Positions 12,365 to 25,959 of a DNA stretch of 64,000 bases are shown piece by piece. Made by a program: the position numbers and the translations under genes. The stretch comes from Malacoraja senta (lineage: Eukaryota): assembly GCA_038087875.1 (NCBI GenBank), contig JAXLNO010000620.1, positions 1 through 64,000 of the forward strand. The letters are read 5' to 3'. Below the pieces are notes generated by a model. The model searched no databases, had not been told where the DNA came from, and saw only the letters and a list, made by a program, of their open reading frames with translations. Within the stretch, counting starts at the first letter, position 1. Each line of letters starts with the position of its first letter.

Positions 12365-12792
12365 GGTGGTGACGGTGGCGCAGCGGTAGAGTTGCTGCCT
12401 CACAGCGAATGCAGCGCCGGAGACCCGGGTTCGATCCCGACTACGGGCGCTGTCTGTACGGAGTTTGCCCGTTCTCCCCGTGAACTGTGTGGGTTTTCTC
12501 CGAGATCTTCGGTTTCCTCCCACACCCCAAAAACCCGGGTTCGATCCCGACTATGGGTGCTGTCTGTACGGAGTTTGCACGTCCGCCCGGAACCTGCGTG
12601 CGTTTTCTCCGAGATCTTCGGTTTCCTCCCACATTCCAAAGACGTACATGTTTGTAGGTTAATTGGCTTGGTAAATGTAAATTGGCCCTAGTGGATGTAG
12701 GATAGTGTTAATGTGCGGGGATCGCTGGTCGGCGCGGACCCGGTGGGCTGAAGGGCCTGTTTCCGCGCTGTATCTCTAAACTAAAACTAAAA
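12365..12792 (+). mobile_element. HE1/V-SINE-like element with internal tandem duplication
   Basis: The segment from the B box to the central domain occurs twice (about 12424-12525 and 12533-12635). Confidence 0.78.
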
Positions 12793-12924
12793 TTAAAGAG
12801 ATACAGCGTGGAAACAGGCCCTTCGGCCCACCGAGTCCACGCTGACCAGCGATCGTCCACGAGTTTTATCCTGCACAATGGGGACAATTTAGACAAGCGA
12901 ATTAACCTACAAGCCTGCACGTCA

Positions 12925-14305
12925 TGGTCAGATCATGGTGGTGGCATTGGCTTGGAAGTGGTCTTGGATCTTAGTGGTGGGATGGGCATGGAAGTAGTCC
13001 TAGATCATGGTAGTGGGATGGGCATGGGAGTAGTCTTAGATCATATTGGTGGGATGGGTATGGGAGTAGTCCAAGATCATAGTGGTGGGATGGGCATGGA
13101 AGTAGTCCTAGATCATGGTAGTGGGATGGGCATGGGAGTAGTCTTAGATCATATAGGGAGCCATGACATGGTAGTAGTCTCAGATCATATAGGTGGCCAT
13201 GCCATGGTAGTAGTCCAAGACCATATTGGTGGGATGGGCAAGGAAGTAAATAGTCCCAGAACAAAGGAAGAGATAAGACTTTTGCCTTCCATCACAGTGA
13301 GGAGGTGTTGGAGATTCACTGTGATGGATGTTTGTGTAAATTGTGTTAATAGTGTGTGTCTTGGTTTTTTGTTGTAATGTTAAGACTGTGGAAAATGCAA
13401 TTTCGTTCAAACCAAGCTGTTTGAATGACAATAAAAGGCATTCTATTCTATTCTATTCTAAGTGGTCCTCAATCATAGTGGTGGGATTGGCAAGGAAGTA
13501 GTCTTAGATCATAGTGGTGGGATTGGCAAGGAAGTAGTCTTGGATCATAGTAGTGGGATTGGCATGGAAGTAGTCTTAGATCATATAGGTGGGATTGGCA
13601 TGGAAGGTGTCTCAGATAATATTGGTGGGATTGGCATGGGAGTTGTCTTAGACCATAGTGGTGGGATGGGCAAGGAAGTAGTCCTAGATCATAGTGGTGG
13701 GATTGGGCAAAGAAGTAGTCAATAGACAATAGGTGCAGGAGTAGGCCATTCGGCCCTTCGAGCCAGCACCGCCATTCAATGTGATCATGGCTGATCATCC
13801 CCAATCAGTACCCCGTTCCTGCCTTCTCCCCATATCCCCTGACTCCGCTATTTTTAAGAGCCCTATCTAGCTCTCTCTTGAAAGTATCCAGAGAACCTGC
13901 CTCCACCGCCCTCTGAGGCAGTGAATTCCACAGACTCGCCACTCTCTGTGAGAAAAATGTCCTCGTCTCCGTTCCAAATGGCTTACCCCTTATTCTTAAA
14001 CTGTGGCCCCTGGTTCTGGACTCTCCCCAACATCGGGAACATGTTTCCTGCTTCTAGCGTGTCCAAGCCCTTAACAATCTTATATGTTTCAATAAGATCC
14101 CCTCTCATCCTTCTAAACTCCAGAGTGTACAAGCCCAGCCGCTCCATTCCCTCAGCATATGACAGTCCCGCCATCCCGGGAATTAACCTGGTGAACCTAC
14201 GCTGCACTCCCTCAATAGCAATAGTTGTAGATCATAGTGGTGGGATTGGTATGGGAGTAGTCTCAGATCATGGTAGTGGGATGGGTATGGGAGTAGCCTC
14301 AGATC
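12925..14305. repeat. 36-bp minisatellite (GTAGTCTTAGATCATAGTGGTGGGATGGGCATGGAA-like), split by insertions at about 13260-13460 and 13720-14220
   Basis: Units read directly; translates as a 12-aa period (VVLDHSGGMGME). The 13720-14220 insertion is a minus-strand CR1 fragment. Confidence 0.85.
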
Positions 14306-14420
14306 CGCCACACCTCAGTCGGACTGAATGGCCTGTTTGATGCTGCAGACTCTGTATTATATAAGCTAGATGAACAAACTCCATGCAGGGCCCTGTGTCA
14401 ACTCTTCTTTCCTCTTCCAG

Positions 14421-14495
14421 CCGTGACAACACATCGGCCGACCACCACAACACCAAAGAGTCCTGGCACACAAAAGCCTGAAGCAGCGAAACCAG
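14421..14495 (+). CDS. Stalk exon, 75 nt (AVTTHRPTTTTPKSPGTQKPEAAKP)
   Basis: Acceptor ctcttctttcctcttccag, donor CAG|GTGAAA, phase 1-1, Thr/Pro-rich. Confidence 0.82.
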
Positions 14496-14952
14496 GTGAA
14501 AAAACAGAAGCCATTTCCCACCCTTCAGTTAGTTTATTGACACGTGTACCGAGGTTCAGGAAAAAAGCATTTGCCGCGTGCTAACCAGTCAGCGGAAAGA
14601 CAACACATGATTACAATCGAGCCATTCACGGTGTATAGATACATGATAAGGGTATAACGTGTAGTGCAAGGTAAAGCCAGCAAAGTCCGATCAAGGATAG
14701 TCCCAGGGTCTCCAATGAGGTAGATAGTAGTTCAGCGCTGCTCTCTGGTTGTGGTAGGATGATTCAGTTGCCTGATAACAGCTGGGAAGAAGCTGTCCCT
14801 GAATCTGGAGGTGTGTGCGTTCGTTTTCACACTTCTGTACCTTTTGCCCGATGGGAGAGGGGAGAAGAGGGAGTGGCCGGGGGTGAGACTGGTCCTTGAT
14901 GATGCTGCTGGCCTTGCTGAGGCAGCGTGAGGTGTAGATGGAGTCAATCTAA

Positions 14953-15284
14953 TAGCCCTGTCCCACGGTACGAGTTCATTCCAAGAGCTCTCCCGAGTTT
15001 AAAAAAAAAATCAAACTCGTGGTAAGCACGGAGAATGAACGTAGCGGGTACGTCGGAGCTCGGGGACGTCTCTTAGCGGCTCGTAACGCTAACGGCAGGT
15101 ACTCGGGAAGACTCGTTAACGGCAGGTAAGCACGGGAAGACTCGTGAAGATTTTTCAACATGATGAAAAATGTCCACGAGAGCCCCGAGTACCGACGAGC
15201 GGCCATTACCGTAAATCTCCGAGTTCGAATCAGGGCAAACTCGGGAGAGCTCTTGGAATGAACTCGTACCGTGGGACAGGGCTT
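14953..15284. mobile_element. PIF/Harbinger-type MITE
   Basis: TIR AGCCCTGTCCCACGGTACGAGTTCATTCCAAGAGCTCTCCCGAGTTT, TAA flanks. Confidence 0.75.
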
Positions 15285-15645
15285 TAAGGGAGGTTGGTTT
15301 GTGTGATGGTCTGGGCTGCGTCCACAATTCGCTCCAATTCCTGACCATAGTCTTTCCGCTGACTGGTTGGCAAGCAACAAAAAACTTTTCACTGTGCCTC
15401 GGTAAAACATGAAAATGACCTGAACTAAACTGATTTTAGGAAGGAACTGCAGATGCTGTTGAACTTGTTTTTGTACTTTACCAATGGAAAATTCATCAAA
15501 AGATCTTATCAAAGAACAGGAGCCTAAAATTGGATGCATTCACACCAATTTAAATGCACAAACTCGACATAAAAGTAACATACACCAGATTAGAAGATAG
15601 ACACAAAGTGCTCGTGTAACCCAGCGGGTCAGGCAGCTTCTCTGG

Positions 15646-18540
15646 AGAAACATAGAAACATAGAAACATAGAAAATAGCTGCAGGAGTAGGCCATTCGGC
15701 CCTTCGAGCCTGCACCGCCATTCAATATGATCATGGCTGATCATCCAACTCAGTATCCTGTACCTGCTTTCTCTCCATACCCCCTGATCCCTTTAGCCAC
15801 AAGGGCCATCTAACTCCCTCTTAAATATAGCCAATGAACTGGCCTCAACTACATTCTGTGGCAGAGAATTCCAGAGATTCACCACTCTCTGTGTATATTT
15901 CTTTCTTCTCATCTCAGTCCTAAAAGACTTCCCCTTTATCCTTAAACTGTGACCCCTTGTTCTGGACTTCCCCAACATCGGGAACAATCTTCCTGCATCT
16001 AGCCTGTCCAACCCCTTAAGAATTTTGTAAGTTTCTATAAGATCCCCCCTCAATCTTCTAAATTCTAGCGAGTACAAGCCGAGTCTATCCAGTCTTTCTT
16101 CATATGAAAGTCCTGACATCCCAGGTATCAGTCTGGTGAACCTTCTCTGTACTCCCTCAATGGCAAGAATGTTCTTCCTCAGATTAGGAGACCAAAACTG
16201 TACGCAATACTCCAGGTGTGGTCTCACCAAGACCATGTACAACTGCAGTAGAACCTCCCTGCTCCTATACTCAAATCCTTTTGCTATGAATGCTAACATA
16301 CCATTCGCTTTCCTCACTGCCTGCTGCACCTGCAAGCCTACTTTCAATGACTGGTGTACCATGACACCCAGGTGTCGTTGCATCTCCCCTTTTCCTAATC
16401 GGCCACCATTCAGGTAATAGTCTACTTTCCTGTTTTTGCCCCCAAAGTGGATAACCTCACATTTATCCACATTATACTGCATCTGCCATGCATTTGCCCA
16501 CTCACCCAGCCTATCCAAGTCATCTTGCAGCCTCCTAGCACCCTCCTCACAGCTAACACTGCCCCCCAGCTTCGTGTCATCTGCAAACTTGGAGATGTTG
16601 CATTCAATTCCCTCATCCAGATCATTAATATATATTGTAATTAGCTGGGGTCCCAGCACTGAGCCTTGCGGTACCCCACTAGTCACTGCTAGCCATTCTG
16701 AAAAGGTCCCGTTTACTCCTACTCTTTGCTTCCTGTTTGCCAGCCAGTTCTCTATCCACATCAATACTGAACCCCCAATACCATGTGCTTTAAGTTTGTA
16801 TATTAATCTCTTATGTGGGACCTTGTCGAAAGCCTTTTGAAAGTCCAGATACAACACATCCACTGGTTCTCCCCTATCCACGCTACTAGTTACATCCTCG
16901 AAAAATTCTATAAGATTCGTCAGACATGATTTACCTTTCATAAATCCATGCTGACTTTGTCCAATGATTTCACCATTTTCCAAATGTGCTGCTATCCCAT
17001 CTTTAATAACTGACTCTAGCAGTTTCCCCACTACCGATGTTAGACTAACTGGTCTGTAATTCCCCGTTTTCTATCTCCCTCCCTTTTTAAAAAGTGGGGT
17101 TACATTAGCTACCCTCCAATCCTCAGGAACTACTCCAGAATCCAAAGAGTTTTGAAAAATTATCACTAATGCATCCACTATTTCTGGGGCTACTTCCTTA
17201 AGTACTCTGGGATGCAGCCTATCTGGCCCTGGGGATTTATCGGCCTTTAATCCATTCAATTTACCTAACACCACTTCCCGGCTAACCTCGATTTCACTCA
17301 GTTCCTCCATCTCATTTGACCCCCGACCCCTACTATTTCCGGCAGATTAATTAAGTCTTCCTTAGTGAAGACAGAACCAAAGTAGTTATTCAATTTTTTC
17401 TGCCATGTCCTGGTTCCCCATGATCAATTCACCTGTTTCTGACTGCAAGGGACCTACATTTGTTTTAACTCATCTTTTTCTCTTCACATATCTATAAAAA
17501 CTTTTGCAGCCAGTTTTTATGTTCCCTGCCAGTTTTCTTTCATAATCTATTTTCCCTTTCCTAATTAATCCCTTTGTCTTCCTCTGCTGGAATCTGAATT
17601 TCTCCCAGTCCTCAGGTAGGCTGCTTTTTCTGACTAATTTGTATGCTTCATCTTTTGTTTTGATACTATCCCTGATTTCCCTTGTTATCCATGGATGCAC
17701 TGCCTTCCCTGATTTATTCTTTTGCCAAACTGGGATGAACAATTGTTGTAGTTCATCCATGCAGCCTTTAAATGCCTTCCATTGCATATCCACCGTCAAC
17801 CCTTTAAGAATCAATTGCCAGTCTATCTTGGCCAATTCCCGTCTCATACCCTCAAAGTTACCTTTTTTTAAGTTCAGAACACTTGTTTCTGAATTAATTA
17901 TGTCACTCTCCATCCTAATGAAGAATTCAACCATATTACGGTCACTCTTGCCCAAGGGGCCACGCACAACAAGACTGCTAACTAACCCTTCCTCATTACT
18001 CAATACCCAGTCTAGAATAGCCTGCTCTCTCGTTGGTTCCTCTACATGTTGGTTTAGGAAACTATCCCGCATACATTCCAAGAAATCCTCTTCCTCAGCA
18101 CCCCTGCCAATTTGATTCACCCAATCTATATGTAGATTGAAGTCACCCATTATAACTGTTTTACCTTTGTTGCACGCATTTCTAATTTCCTGTTTGATGC
18201 CATCCCCAACTCCACTACTACTGTTAGGTGGCCTGTACACAACTCCCACTAGCGGTTTCTGCCCCTTAGTGTTTCGCAGCTCTACCCATACCGATTCCAC
18301 ATCCTCCAAGCTAATGTCCTTTCTTTCTATTGCGTTAATCTCCTCTCTAACCAGCAACGCTACCCCACCTCCTTTTCCTTTCTGTCTATCCCCCCTGAAT
18401 ATTGAATATCCCTGGATGTTCAGCTCCCAGCCTTGGTCACCCTGGAGCCATGTCTCCGTGATCCCAACCATATCATAGTCATTAATAGCTATCTGCACAT
18501 TCAACTCATCCACCTTATTACGAATGCTCCTTGCATTGAG
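15646..18540 (-). mobile_element. CR1 LINE, near-complete ORF2 (APE endonuclease plus reverse transcriptase), inactivated
   Basis: ORFs 17470-18513 (ITETW, GDFN), 17071-17310 and 15793-17031 (QGSVLGP, FADD); premature stops at 17470 and 17071 relative to the sibling copy at 60 kb. Confidence 0.93.
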
Positions 18541-19020
18541 AAGATTTAGTTTAGAGATACAGTGCGGAAATATGCTCTTCGGCCCACGAAGTCCGCGCCG
18601 ACCAGCGATCCCCGCACATTAACACTATTCTACACACACAATTTTACATTTGTCCCAAGCCAATTAACCTACAAACCTGTTCGTCTTTGGAGTGTGGGAG
18701 GAAAGTGAAGATAGACAATAGACAATAGACAATAGGTGCAGGAGTAGGCCATTTGGCCCTTCGAGCCAGCACCGCCATTCATTGTGATCATGGCTGATCA
18801 TCCACAATCAGTACCTGGTTCCTGCCTTCTCCCCATATCCTCTGACTCCGCTATCTTTAAGAGCCCTATCTAGCTCTCTCTTGAAAGTATCCAGAGAAAC
18901 CGGCCTCCACAGGGGCAGAGAATTCCACAGACTCACCACTCTATGTGAGAAAAAGTGTTTCCTCGTCTCCGTTCTAAATAGCTTACCCCTTGTTCTCAAT
19001 GGCTTACTCCTTATTCTTAA

Positions 19021-19312
19021 AGGGCTTGTCCCACTTACGTGTCCTTGGCACGCAAATTACGCAACCTCGTGGTCGGGTTGAGGCGCACGGGCATCGTGTG
19101 GCCGCGCGGGGCCTGTCCCACTGAGAAGCGCGGAGGGGTATGGAGTTGTGCGTGCCACCGGCCTGTCGCGTAACTGACGGCCAAAGTGGGACAGGCCCAA
19201 GACCCTGGCGCGACATGTAATCGCGCGCGACTTTCGCGGGACCGTCGCGGCTCAACGCGACCACAAGGTTGTGTAATTTGCCTGCCAAGGACACGTAAGT
19301 GGGACAGGCCCT
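19021..19312. mobile_element. PIF/Harbinger-type MITE (short member of the 10980 family)
   Basis: Same TIRs as the 10980 element, TAA duplication. Confidence 0.75.
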
Positions 19313-20125
19313 TAAGTCTGTGGCCAGGATGGTGTGGGTCTCTGATGATTTTGGCAGCCTTTTTGAGGCAGCCATTTCGACAGCCACTTCGATAGATCCC
19401 TTCGACGGTGGGGAGGTCAAAGCCGGTGATGGACTGGGCAGTGGTCACAACATTTTTTGTACCCTGGAGTGACTGGGGCTTGCGTGTATCTCCTATAACC
19501 TGTGGTAGGACATTCCCAAAAATCTAGGAGTACAGGGAGGAATTCAAGAGGGTCAGGAATCAAGAGAATCGAGTGAGTTCCATTGTCATATGTACCAGCA
19601 CAGATATGGCATGGTGGTGCAGCGGTAGAGTTGATGCCTTACAGTGCCAGAGATCCTGACTGTGGGTGCTGTCTGTACGGAGTGCGCATGTTCTCCTTGT
19701 GACCGCGTGGGTTTTCTCCGGGATCTCCAGTTTCCTCCCGCACTCCAAAGACGTACAGGTTTGTGGGTTAATCGGCTTGGTATAGTTGTAAATTGTCCCC
19801 AGTTTGTGTAGGACAGCATTAGTGTGTGGGGATCGCTGGTTGGCATGAACTCATTGGGCCGAAGGGCCTGTTTCCACGCTGTATCTCGGAACTCCAGCTT
19901 TTTGTGACTATCTTTGGTTTAAACCAGCACAAAACTAGACAACCAGGTTCTGGGGCCTGTAATTGCCTGAGTTTAGAAGGATGAGAGGGTCTCCATTGAA
20001 ACTTTCCAAATAGTGAAAGGCCTGGATAGAGTAGATGTCGAGAGGATGTTTCCACCAGAGGGAGAGTCTAGGACCAGAGGGCGCAGCCTCAGAATAAAAG
20101 GATGTGCCTTTAGAAAGAGCCTTTA

Positions 20126-20820
20126 GGGTCGATGGTGGAAAGGGTCAAGAACTTCAAATTCCTGGGCGTGCATATCTCCGAAGATCACTCCTGGTCCCAG
20201 CACACTGATGCAATCATAAAGAAAGCACGTCAGCGCCTCTACTTCCTGAGAAGATTACGGAGAGTCGGTATGTCAACGAGGACTCTCGCTAACTTCTACA
20301 AGTGCACAGTAGAGAGCATGCTGACCGGTTGCATCGTGGCTTGGTTCGGCAACTTGAGCGCCCTGGAGAGGAAAAGACTACAAAAAGTAGTAACCACTGC
20401 CCAGTCCATCATCGGCTCTGACCTCCCCACCATCGAGGGGATCTATCGCAGTCGCTGCCTCAAAAAGGCTGGCAGTATCGTCAAGGACCCACACCATCCT
20501 GGCCACACACTCATCTCCCCGCTACCTTCAGGTAGAAGGTACAGGAGCCTGAAGACTGCAACATCCAGGTTCAGGAATAGCTGCTTCCCCACAGCCATCC
20601 GGCTATTAAACTCACCAACAAACAAACTCTGAACATTAATAGCCCATTGCACTTTATCTGCTTATTTGTGTGTGTATATATATATTTGTTAGTATATGGA
20701 CACACTGATCTGTTCTGTATTCATGCCTACTATATTCTGTTGTGCTGAAGCAAAGCAAGAATTTCATTGTCCTATCTGGGACACATGACAATAAACTCTC
20801 TTGAATCTTGAATCTTGAAT
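20126..20820 (+). mobile_element. Rex1/Babar-type LINE 3' fragment
   Basis: VERVKNFKFLGVHISED.SW...KKARQRLYFLRRL...LPSGRRYRS; tail atgacaataaa followed by (CTTGAAT)n. Confidence 0.8.
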
Positions 20821-21294
20821 GCAGATGAGTCGGGATTTCTATAGTCAGAGGGTGGTGAATCTGTGGAGTTCATTGCCACATATGGCTGTCAATGGATATT
20901 TTTAAAGGCGAGATTGATGTGTTCTTGGTTAGTAAGGAGGTCAAAGGTTACGGGGAGAAGGCAGGAGAATGGAGTTGAGAGGGAAAGATTGAATGGCAGA
21001 CTAGACTCGATGGGCTGAATGGCCTAATTCTGCTGTCATAGAGTCATAGAGTGATCCAGTGTGGAAACAGGCCCTTCGGCCCAACTTGCCCACGACCGGC
21101 TAACACTCGTCCCACCTGCCTGTGCTTGGTGCATATCCCTCCAAAGCTGTCCTAGGCATGTACCTGTCCAACTGTTTCTTAAACGATGGGATAGTCCCAG
21201 CCTCAACTACCTCCTCTGGCAGCTTGTTCCATACACCCACCACCCTCTGTGTGAAAAAGTTACCTCTCGGACTCCTATTCAATCTTTTCCCCTT

Positions 21295-22085
21295 CATATA
21301 TAACCATATAACCATATAACCATTACAGCACGGAAACAGGCCATCTCGGCCCTTCAAGTCCGTGCCGAACATTTTTTTTTTATAAAAAAAAAAAAAATAC
21401 TTCCCCCTAGTCCCATCTACCTCAGACCATAACCCTCCATTCCTTTCCCGTCCATATACCCATCCAATCTATTTTTAAAGGATAAAATTGAACCAGCCTC
21501 CACCACTTCCACTGGAAGCTCATTCCACACAGCTACCACTCTCTGAGTAAAGAAGTTCCCCCTAATGTTACCCCTAAACTTCTGTCCCTTAATTCTCAAG
21601 TCATGTCCCCTTGTTTGAATCTTCCCTACTCTCAATGGAAAAAGCTTATCCACGTCAACTCTGTCTAACCCGCTCATAATTTTACAGACCTCTATGAAGT
21701 CCCCTCTTAACCTTCTGCACTCCAAAGAATGAAGACCTAACTTGTTCAACCTTTCTCTGTAACTTAGTTGCTGAAACCCAGGCAACATTCTCGTAAATCT
21801 CCTCTGTACTCTCTCTATTTTGTTGACATCCTTCCTATAATTAGGCGACCAAAATTGTACTCCATACTCCGGAATTGGCCTCACCAATGCCTTGTACAAT
21901 TTTAACATTACATCCCAACTTCTATATTCAATGCTCTGATTTATAAAGGCCAGCACCCCAAAAGCTTTCTTTACCACCCTATCTACATGAGATTCCACCT
22001 TCAGGGAACTATGCACAGTTATTCCTAGATCCCTCTGTTCAACTGCATTCCTCAATTCTCTACCATTTACCATGTACGTCCTACC
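21295..22085 (-). mobile_element. CR1 LINE 3' fragment (same subfamily as 54.7-56.5 kb)
   Basis: ORF 21417-22073 is nearly identical to the C-terminus of ORF 54716-56491; (ATGGTTAT)n tail. Confidence 0.88.
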
Positions 22086-22654
22086 TTGAACCTATGTCCT
22101 CTGGTCCTCGATTCCCCTACTCTGGGCAAGAGACTCTGTGCATCTACCCAATCTCTTCCTCTCATGATTTTGTACACCTCTATAGGATCACCCCTCATCC
22201 TCCTGCGCTCCATGGAACAGAGACCCAGCCTACTCAACCTCTCCCTATAGCTCACACCTTCTAGTCCTGGCAACATTCTCGTAAATCTTCTCTGAACACT
22301 TTCAAACTTGACAATATCTTTCCTGTAACATGGCGCCCAGAACTGAACACAATATTCTAAATGTGGTCTCACCAACGTCTTATACAACTGCAACAAGACC
22401 TCCCAACATCTATACTCAATACTCTGACTGATGAAGGCCAATGTTCCTCTCATGATTATGACTTATGAACGTATAACTGAAGAATGTTGTTTAACTAAAA
22501 AGAAAGTTAATTGTAGATTCTTGTTAATTTGGAGTAGGCCTCAGTCTTGTGTGGTGTTCAATAGAGTGTTGATTGCTGGGAAGATGTTCTTGTAGCATGT
22601 AGCTGGTGCTCATATTTCACAGTCTCCTGTACCGTTAGTTTACTTTAGTTTACT

Positions 22655-23203
22655 TAGTTTTGGTCCCCTAATTTGAGGAAGGACATTCTTGCTATTGAGG
22701 GAGTGCAGCGTAGGTTTACAAGGTTAATTCCCAGGATGGCGGGACTGTCATATGCTGAGAGAATGGAGCGGCTGGGCTTGTATACTCTGGAGTTTAGAAG
22801 GATGAGATGGAATCTTATTGAAACACATAAGATTATTAAGGGTTTGGACACGCTAGATAGAGGCAGGAAACATGTTTCCGATGTTGGGGGAGTCCAGAAC
22901 CAAAGGCCACACAGTTTAAGAATAAGGGGTCAGCCATTTAGAACGGAGACGAGGAAACACTTTTTCTCACAGAGAGTTGTGAGTCTGTGGAATTCTCTGC
23001 CTCAGAGGGCGGTGGAGGCCGGTTCTCTGGTTACTTTCAAGAGAGAGCTGGATAGGGCTCTTAAAGATAGCGGAGTCAGGGGATATGGGGAGAAGGCAGG
23101 AACGGGGTACTGATTGGGGATGATCAGGCATGATCACATTGAATGGCGGTGCTGGCTCGAAGGGCCGAATGGCCTACTCCTGCACCTATTGTCTGTTGTC
23201 TAT
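22655..23203 (+). mobile_element. CR1 LINE 3' fragment
   Basis: ORF 22673 and (TCTATTG)n tail. Similar fragments at about 24630-25215(-), 28168-28917(+), 34245-34997(+), 35465-36022(-), 38970-39460(-), 39893-40398(-), 41080-41956(+), 43727-44408(+), 45700-46268(-), 48008-48528(-), 59520-59895(+). Confidence 0.85.
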
Positions 23204-23503
23204 TTAGAGATACAGGGCCGGGTCCAGTTCGAACCAGCGATCCCCGTACACTAGCACTATCCTACACCCACTAGTGACAATTTTTAATGTTACCAAGCCA
23301 ATTAACCTACAAACCTGGGTATAGCAAAACTTGAATGGACTGTATGTAAGGAAATTAATTTCACTGTGAATTTTCACATACATTAGTAAAAAGCACCATT
23401 GGGCCATTGGGGTGACTGGTCTGTTTGTGTGAGTGAATCCTGTGCGAAGTGCAGAGCTCTCATCCCTAATAACCTTTGAGGAAATGTCGCCCTGTTTCAA
23501 CAG

Positions 23504-23569
23504 GACTGAAGTCACCAACTACGACACCCGTGGCCTGGATTTCAACAGCGCTAAATGGATCAGGAACAG
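23504..23569 (+). CDS. Stalk exon, 66 nt (GLKSPTTTPVAWISTALNGSGT)
   Basis: Acceptor ccctgtttcaacag, donor CAG|GTAAAA, phase 1-1, open. Confidence 0.75.
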
Positions 23570-23776
23570 GTAAAAGATTTTCCTCATCCTCCATATCTGG
23601 AAGGGATGCTGCTCTGGTTAAAAGTGTGTGCAAGAGCTTCAAATGCCCTTCGGCCCAACTTTCCCATGCCGACCCATTGATGCTACCTGTCCTACTACCT
23701 GTCCACATTTGGCCCATATCCCATCAAATCTTTCCCATCACATTTTACACCACAGTAATAGGGCCATGGAGTCATA

Positions 23777-24262
23777 CAGAATGGAGACAGGCCCTTCGGC
23801 CAACATTCCCATGGTGCCCCAACTACGCTAGTCCCAACTGTCCGCATGTGGCCCATGTCCTTCTACAGAACGGAAACAGGCCCTTCGGCCCATCTTCCCC
23901 ATGCCGGCCAAGGTGCCCCATCTACGCTCGTCCCATCTGTCCGCATGTGGCCCATGTCCTTCTACAGAACGGAAACAGGCCCTTCGGCCCATCTTCCCCA
24001 TGCCGGCCAAGGTGCCCCATCTACGCTCGTCCCATCTGTCCGCATGTGGCCCATGTCCTTCTACAGAACGGAAACAGGCCCTTCGGCCCATCTTCCCCCT
24101 GCCGGCCAAGGTGCCCTATCTATGCTAGTCCCATCTGTCCGAATGTGGCCCATATCCTTCTATAGAATGGAAACAGGCCCTTTGGCCCATCTTCCCCCTG
24201 CCGGCCAAGGTGCCCTATCTATGCTAGTCCCATCTGTCCGAATGTGGCCCATATCCTTCTAA
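23777..24262. repeat. 99-bp tandem repeat (about 5 units) derived from an antisense HER1-like LINE 3' tail
   Basis: agaacggaaacaggcccttcggcccatcttcccc recurs at a 99-bp offset (23867, 23966, 24065). Confidence 0.88.
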
Positions 24263-25365
24263 TCCTTTCCTATCCATGTACCTGTCCAAATGTCATTTCA
24301 ATGTCATTATAGTACCTTCCTCAACTACCTCCTCTGGCATCTCGTTCTAAATACGCACCCCCTCTGTGTGAAAAAAAATTGCCCCTCTGGTTCCGATTAA
24401 ATCTTTGCCCTCCCACCTCAAACTTGTGTCATCTGATGTTTGAATTCCCCTACCCTGGATAAAATACTGTGCATTCATCCTATTTATTCCCCTCATTATC
24501 TTATACACCTCTGCCAGATCACCCCTCATCCTCCTGCGCTCCAAGGAATAAAGTCTTTGATCAAATACTCCAAGGAATGAAGTCATGGTCCAATCCTCAT
24601 GATCTTAGCCACGTCTGTAAAGAATTAGTGTAAACATAGAAACATAGACAATAGGTGCAGGAGGAGGCCATTCGGCCCTTTGAGCCAGCACCACCATTCA
24701 TTGTGATCATGGCTGATTGTCCCCAATCAATAACCCGTGCCTGCCTTCTCCCCATATCCCTTGATTCCACCAGCCCCTAGAGCTCTATCTAACTCTCTCT
24801 TAAATCCATCCAGTGATTTGGCCTCCACTGCCCTCTGTGGCAGGGAATTCCACAAATTCACAACTCTCTGGGTGAAAAAGTTTTTTCTCACCTCAGTCTT
24901 AAATGGCCTCCCCTTTATTCTAAGACTGTGTGTGGCCCCTGGTTCTGGACTCGCCCAACATTGGGAACATTTTTCCTGCAATCTAGCTTGTCCAGTCCTT
25001 TTATAATTTTATATGTTTCTATAAGATACCCCCTCATCCTTCTAAACTCCAGTGAATACAAGCCTAGTCTTTTCAATCTTTCCTCGTATGACAGCCCCGC
25101 CATCCCAGGGATCAATCTCGTGAACCTACGCTGCACTGCCTCAATCACAAGGATGTCCTTCCTCAAATTAGGAGACCAAAACTGTACACATTACTCCAGA
25201 TGTGGTCTTACCCGAGCCCCATATGCAGATGGGGCATTTTGGTCAGTTTCTCATCCTCCTGTGATCCAAGGAATTATATCCTATCCTGCCTAACCTCTCC
25301 TTATACCTTATTTCTTTTGTAAAATTAAAAAAAAAATTAATTATAAAAACCCAAAGCCAATTCTT

Positions 25366-25666
25366 GGGCGGCATGGTGGCTCAGCGGTAGAGTTGCTGTC
25401 TTACAGCGCTTTCAGCACCAGAGACCCGGGTTCGATCCCGACTACGGGTGCTTGCCTGTATGGAGTTCGTGACCCCGTGACCGCGTGGGTTTTCTCCGAG
25501 ATCTTCGGTTTCCTCCCGCACTCCAAAGACGTGCAGGTTTGTAGGTTGGTTGGCTTTGTATCAATGCAAATTGTCCCTAGTGTGTGTAGGATAGTGTTAA
25601 AATGGGAGGATCACTGGTCAGCATGGACCCGGTGGGCCGAAGGGACTGTTGCCGCACTGTATCTCG
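25366..25666 (+). mobile_element. HE1/V-SINE-like element
   Basis: A and B boxes plus LINE-like tail. Further copies at about 19608-19886(+), 29616-29911(+), 46843-47142(+), 49690-49900(-), 57625-57922(-), 58037-58335(+). Confidence 0.78.
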
Positions 25667-25959
25667 AAGTCAGTGGATAGTTTTATGGCAGAGATGGATA
25701 GATTCTCGATTAGTGCGGGTGTCGGGGGTTATGGGGAGAAGGCAGGAGAATGGGGTTAGGAGGGAGAGATAGATCAGCCATGATTGAATGGCGGAGTAGA
25801 CTTGATGGGCCGAATGGCCTAATTCTTTTCCTATCACTTATGAACTTATGAACCTCAGGCCCTCGAGTCCAAGCAACATCCTCATATATCTCTGAACTCT
25901 TTCCAGCTTAACGTCAATCTTCTAATGGCAAGATGACCAAAACTGAACGCAATAATCTA

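Noticed and set aside
12365..12445. tRNA-like A/B box sequences
   Set aside because: These are SINE heads continuous with SINE bodies and tails, not free tRNA genes.
12808..13725. ORFs with 12-aa Gly/Met/His repeats (VVLDHSGGMGME), superficially like a structural protein
   Set aside because: They are translations of a 36-bp minisatellite that starts in SINE sequence, is interrupted by two retroelement insertions and has no convincing splice sites.
19910..19950. Possible micro-exon tttaaaccag|cacaaaactagacaaccag|gttc
   Set aside because: In-frame TAG in phase 1, weak donor, and the acceptor belongs to a repeat end.
23476..24262. 229-aa ORF with Cys/Pro repeats
   Set aside because: Only 23504-23569 is exon-like; the rest is open because the 99-bp tandem unit is a multiple of 3.
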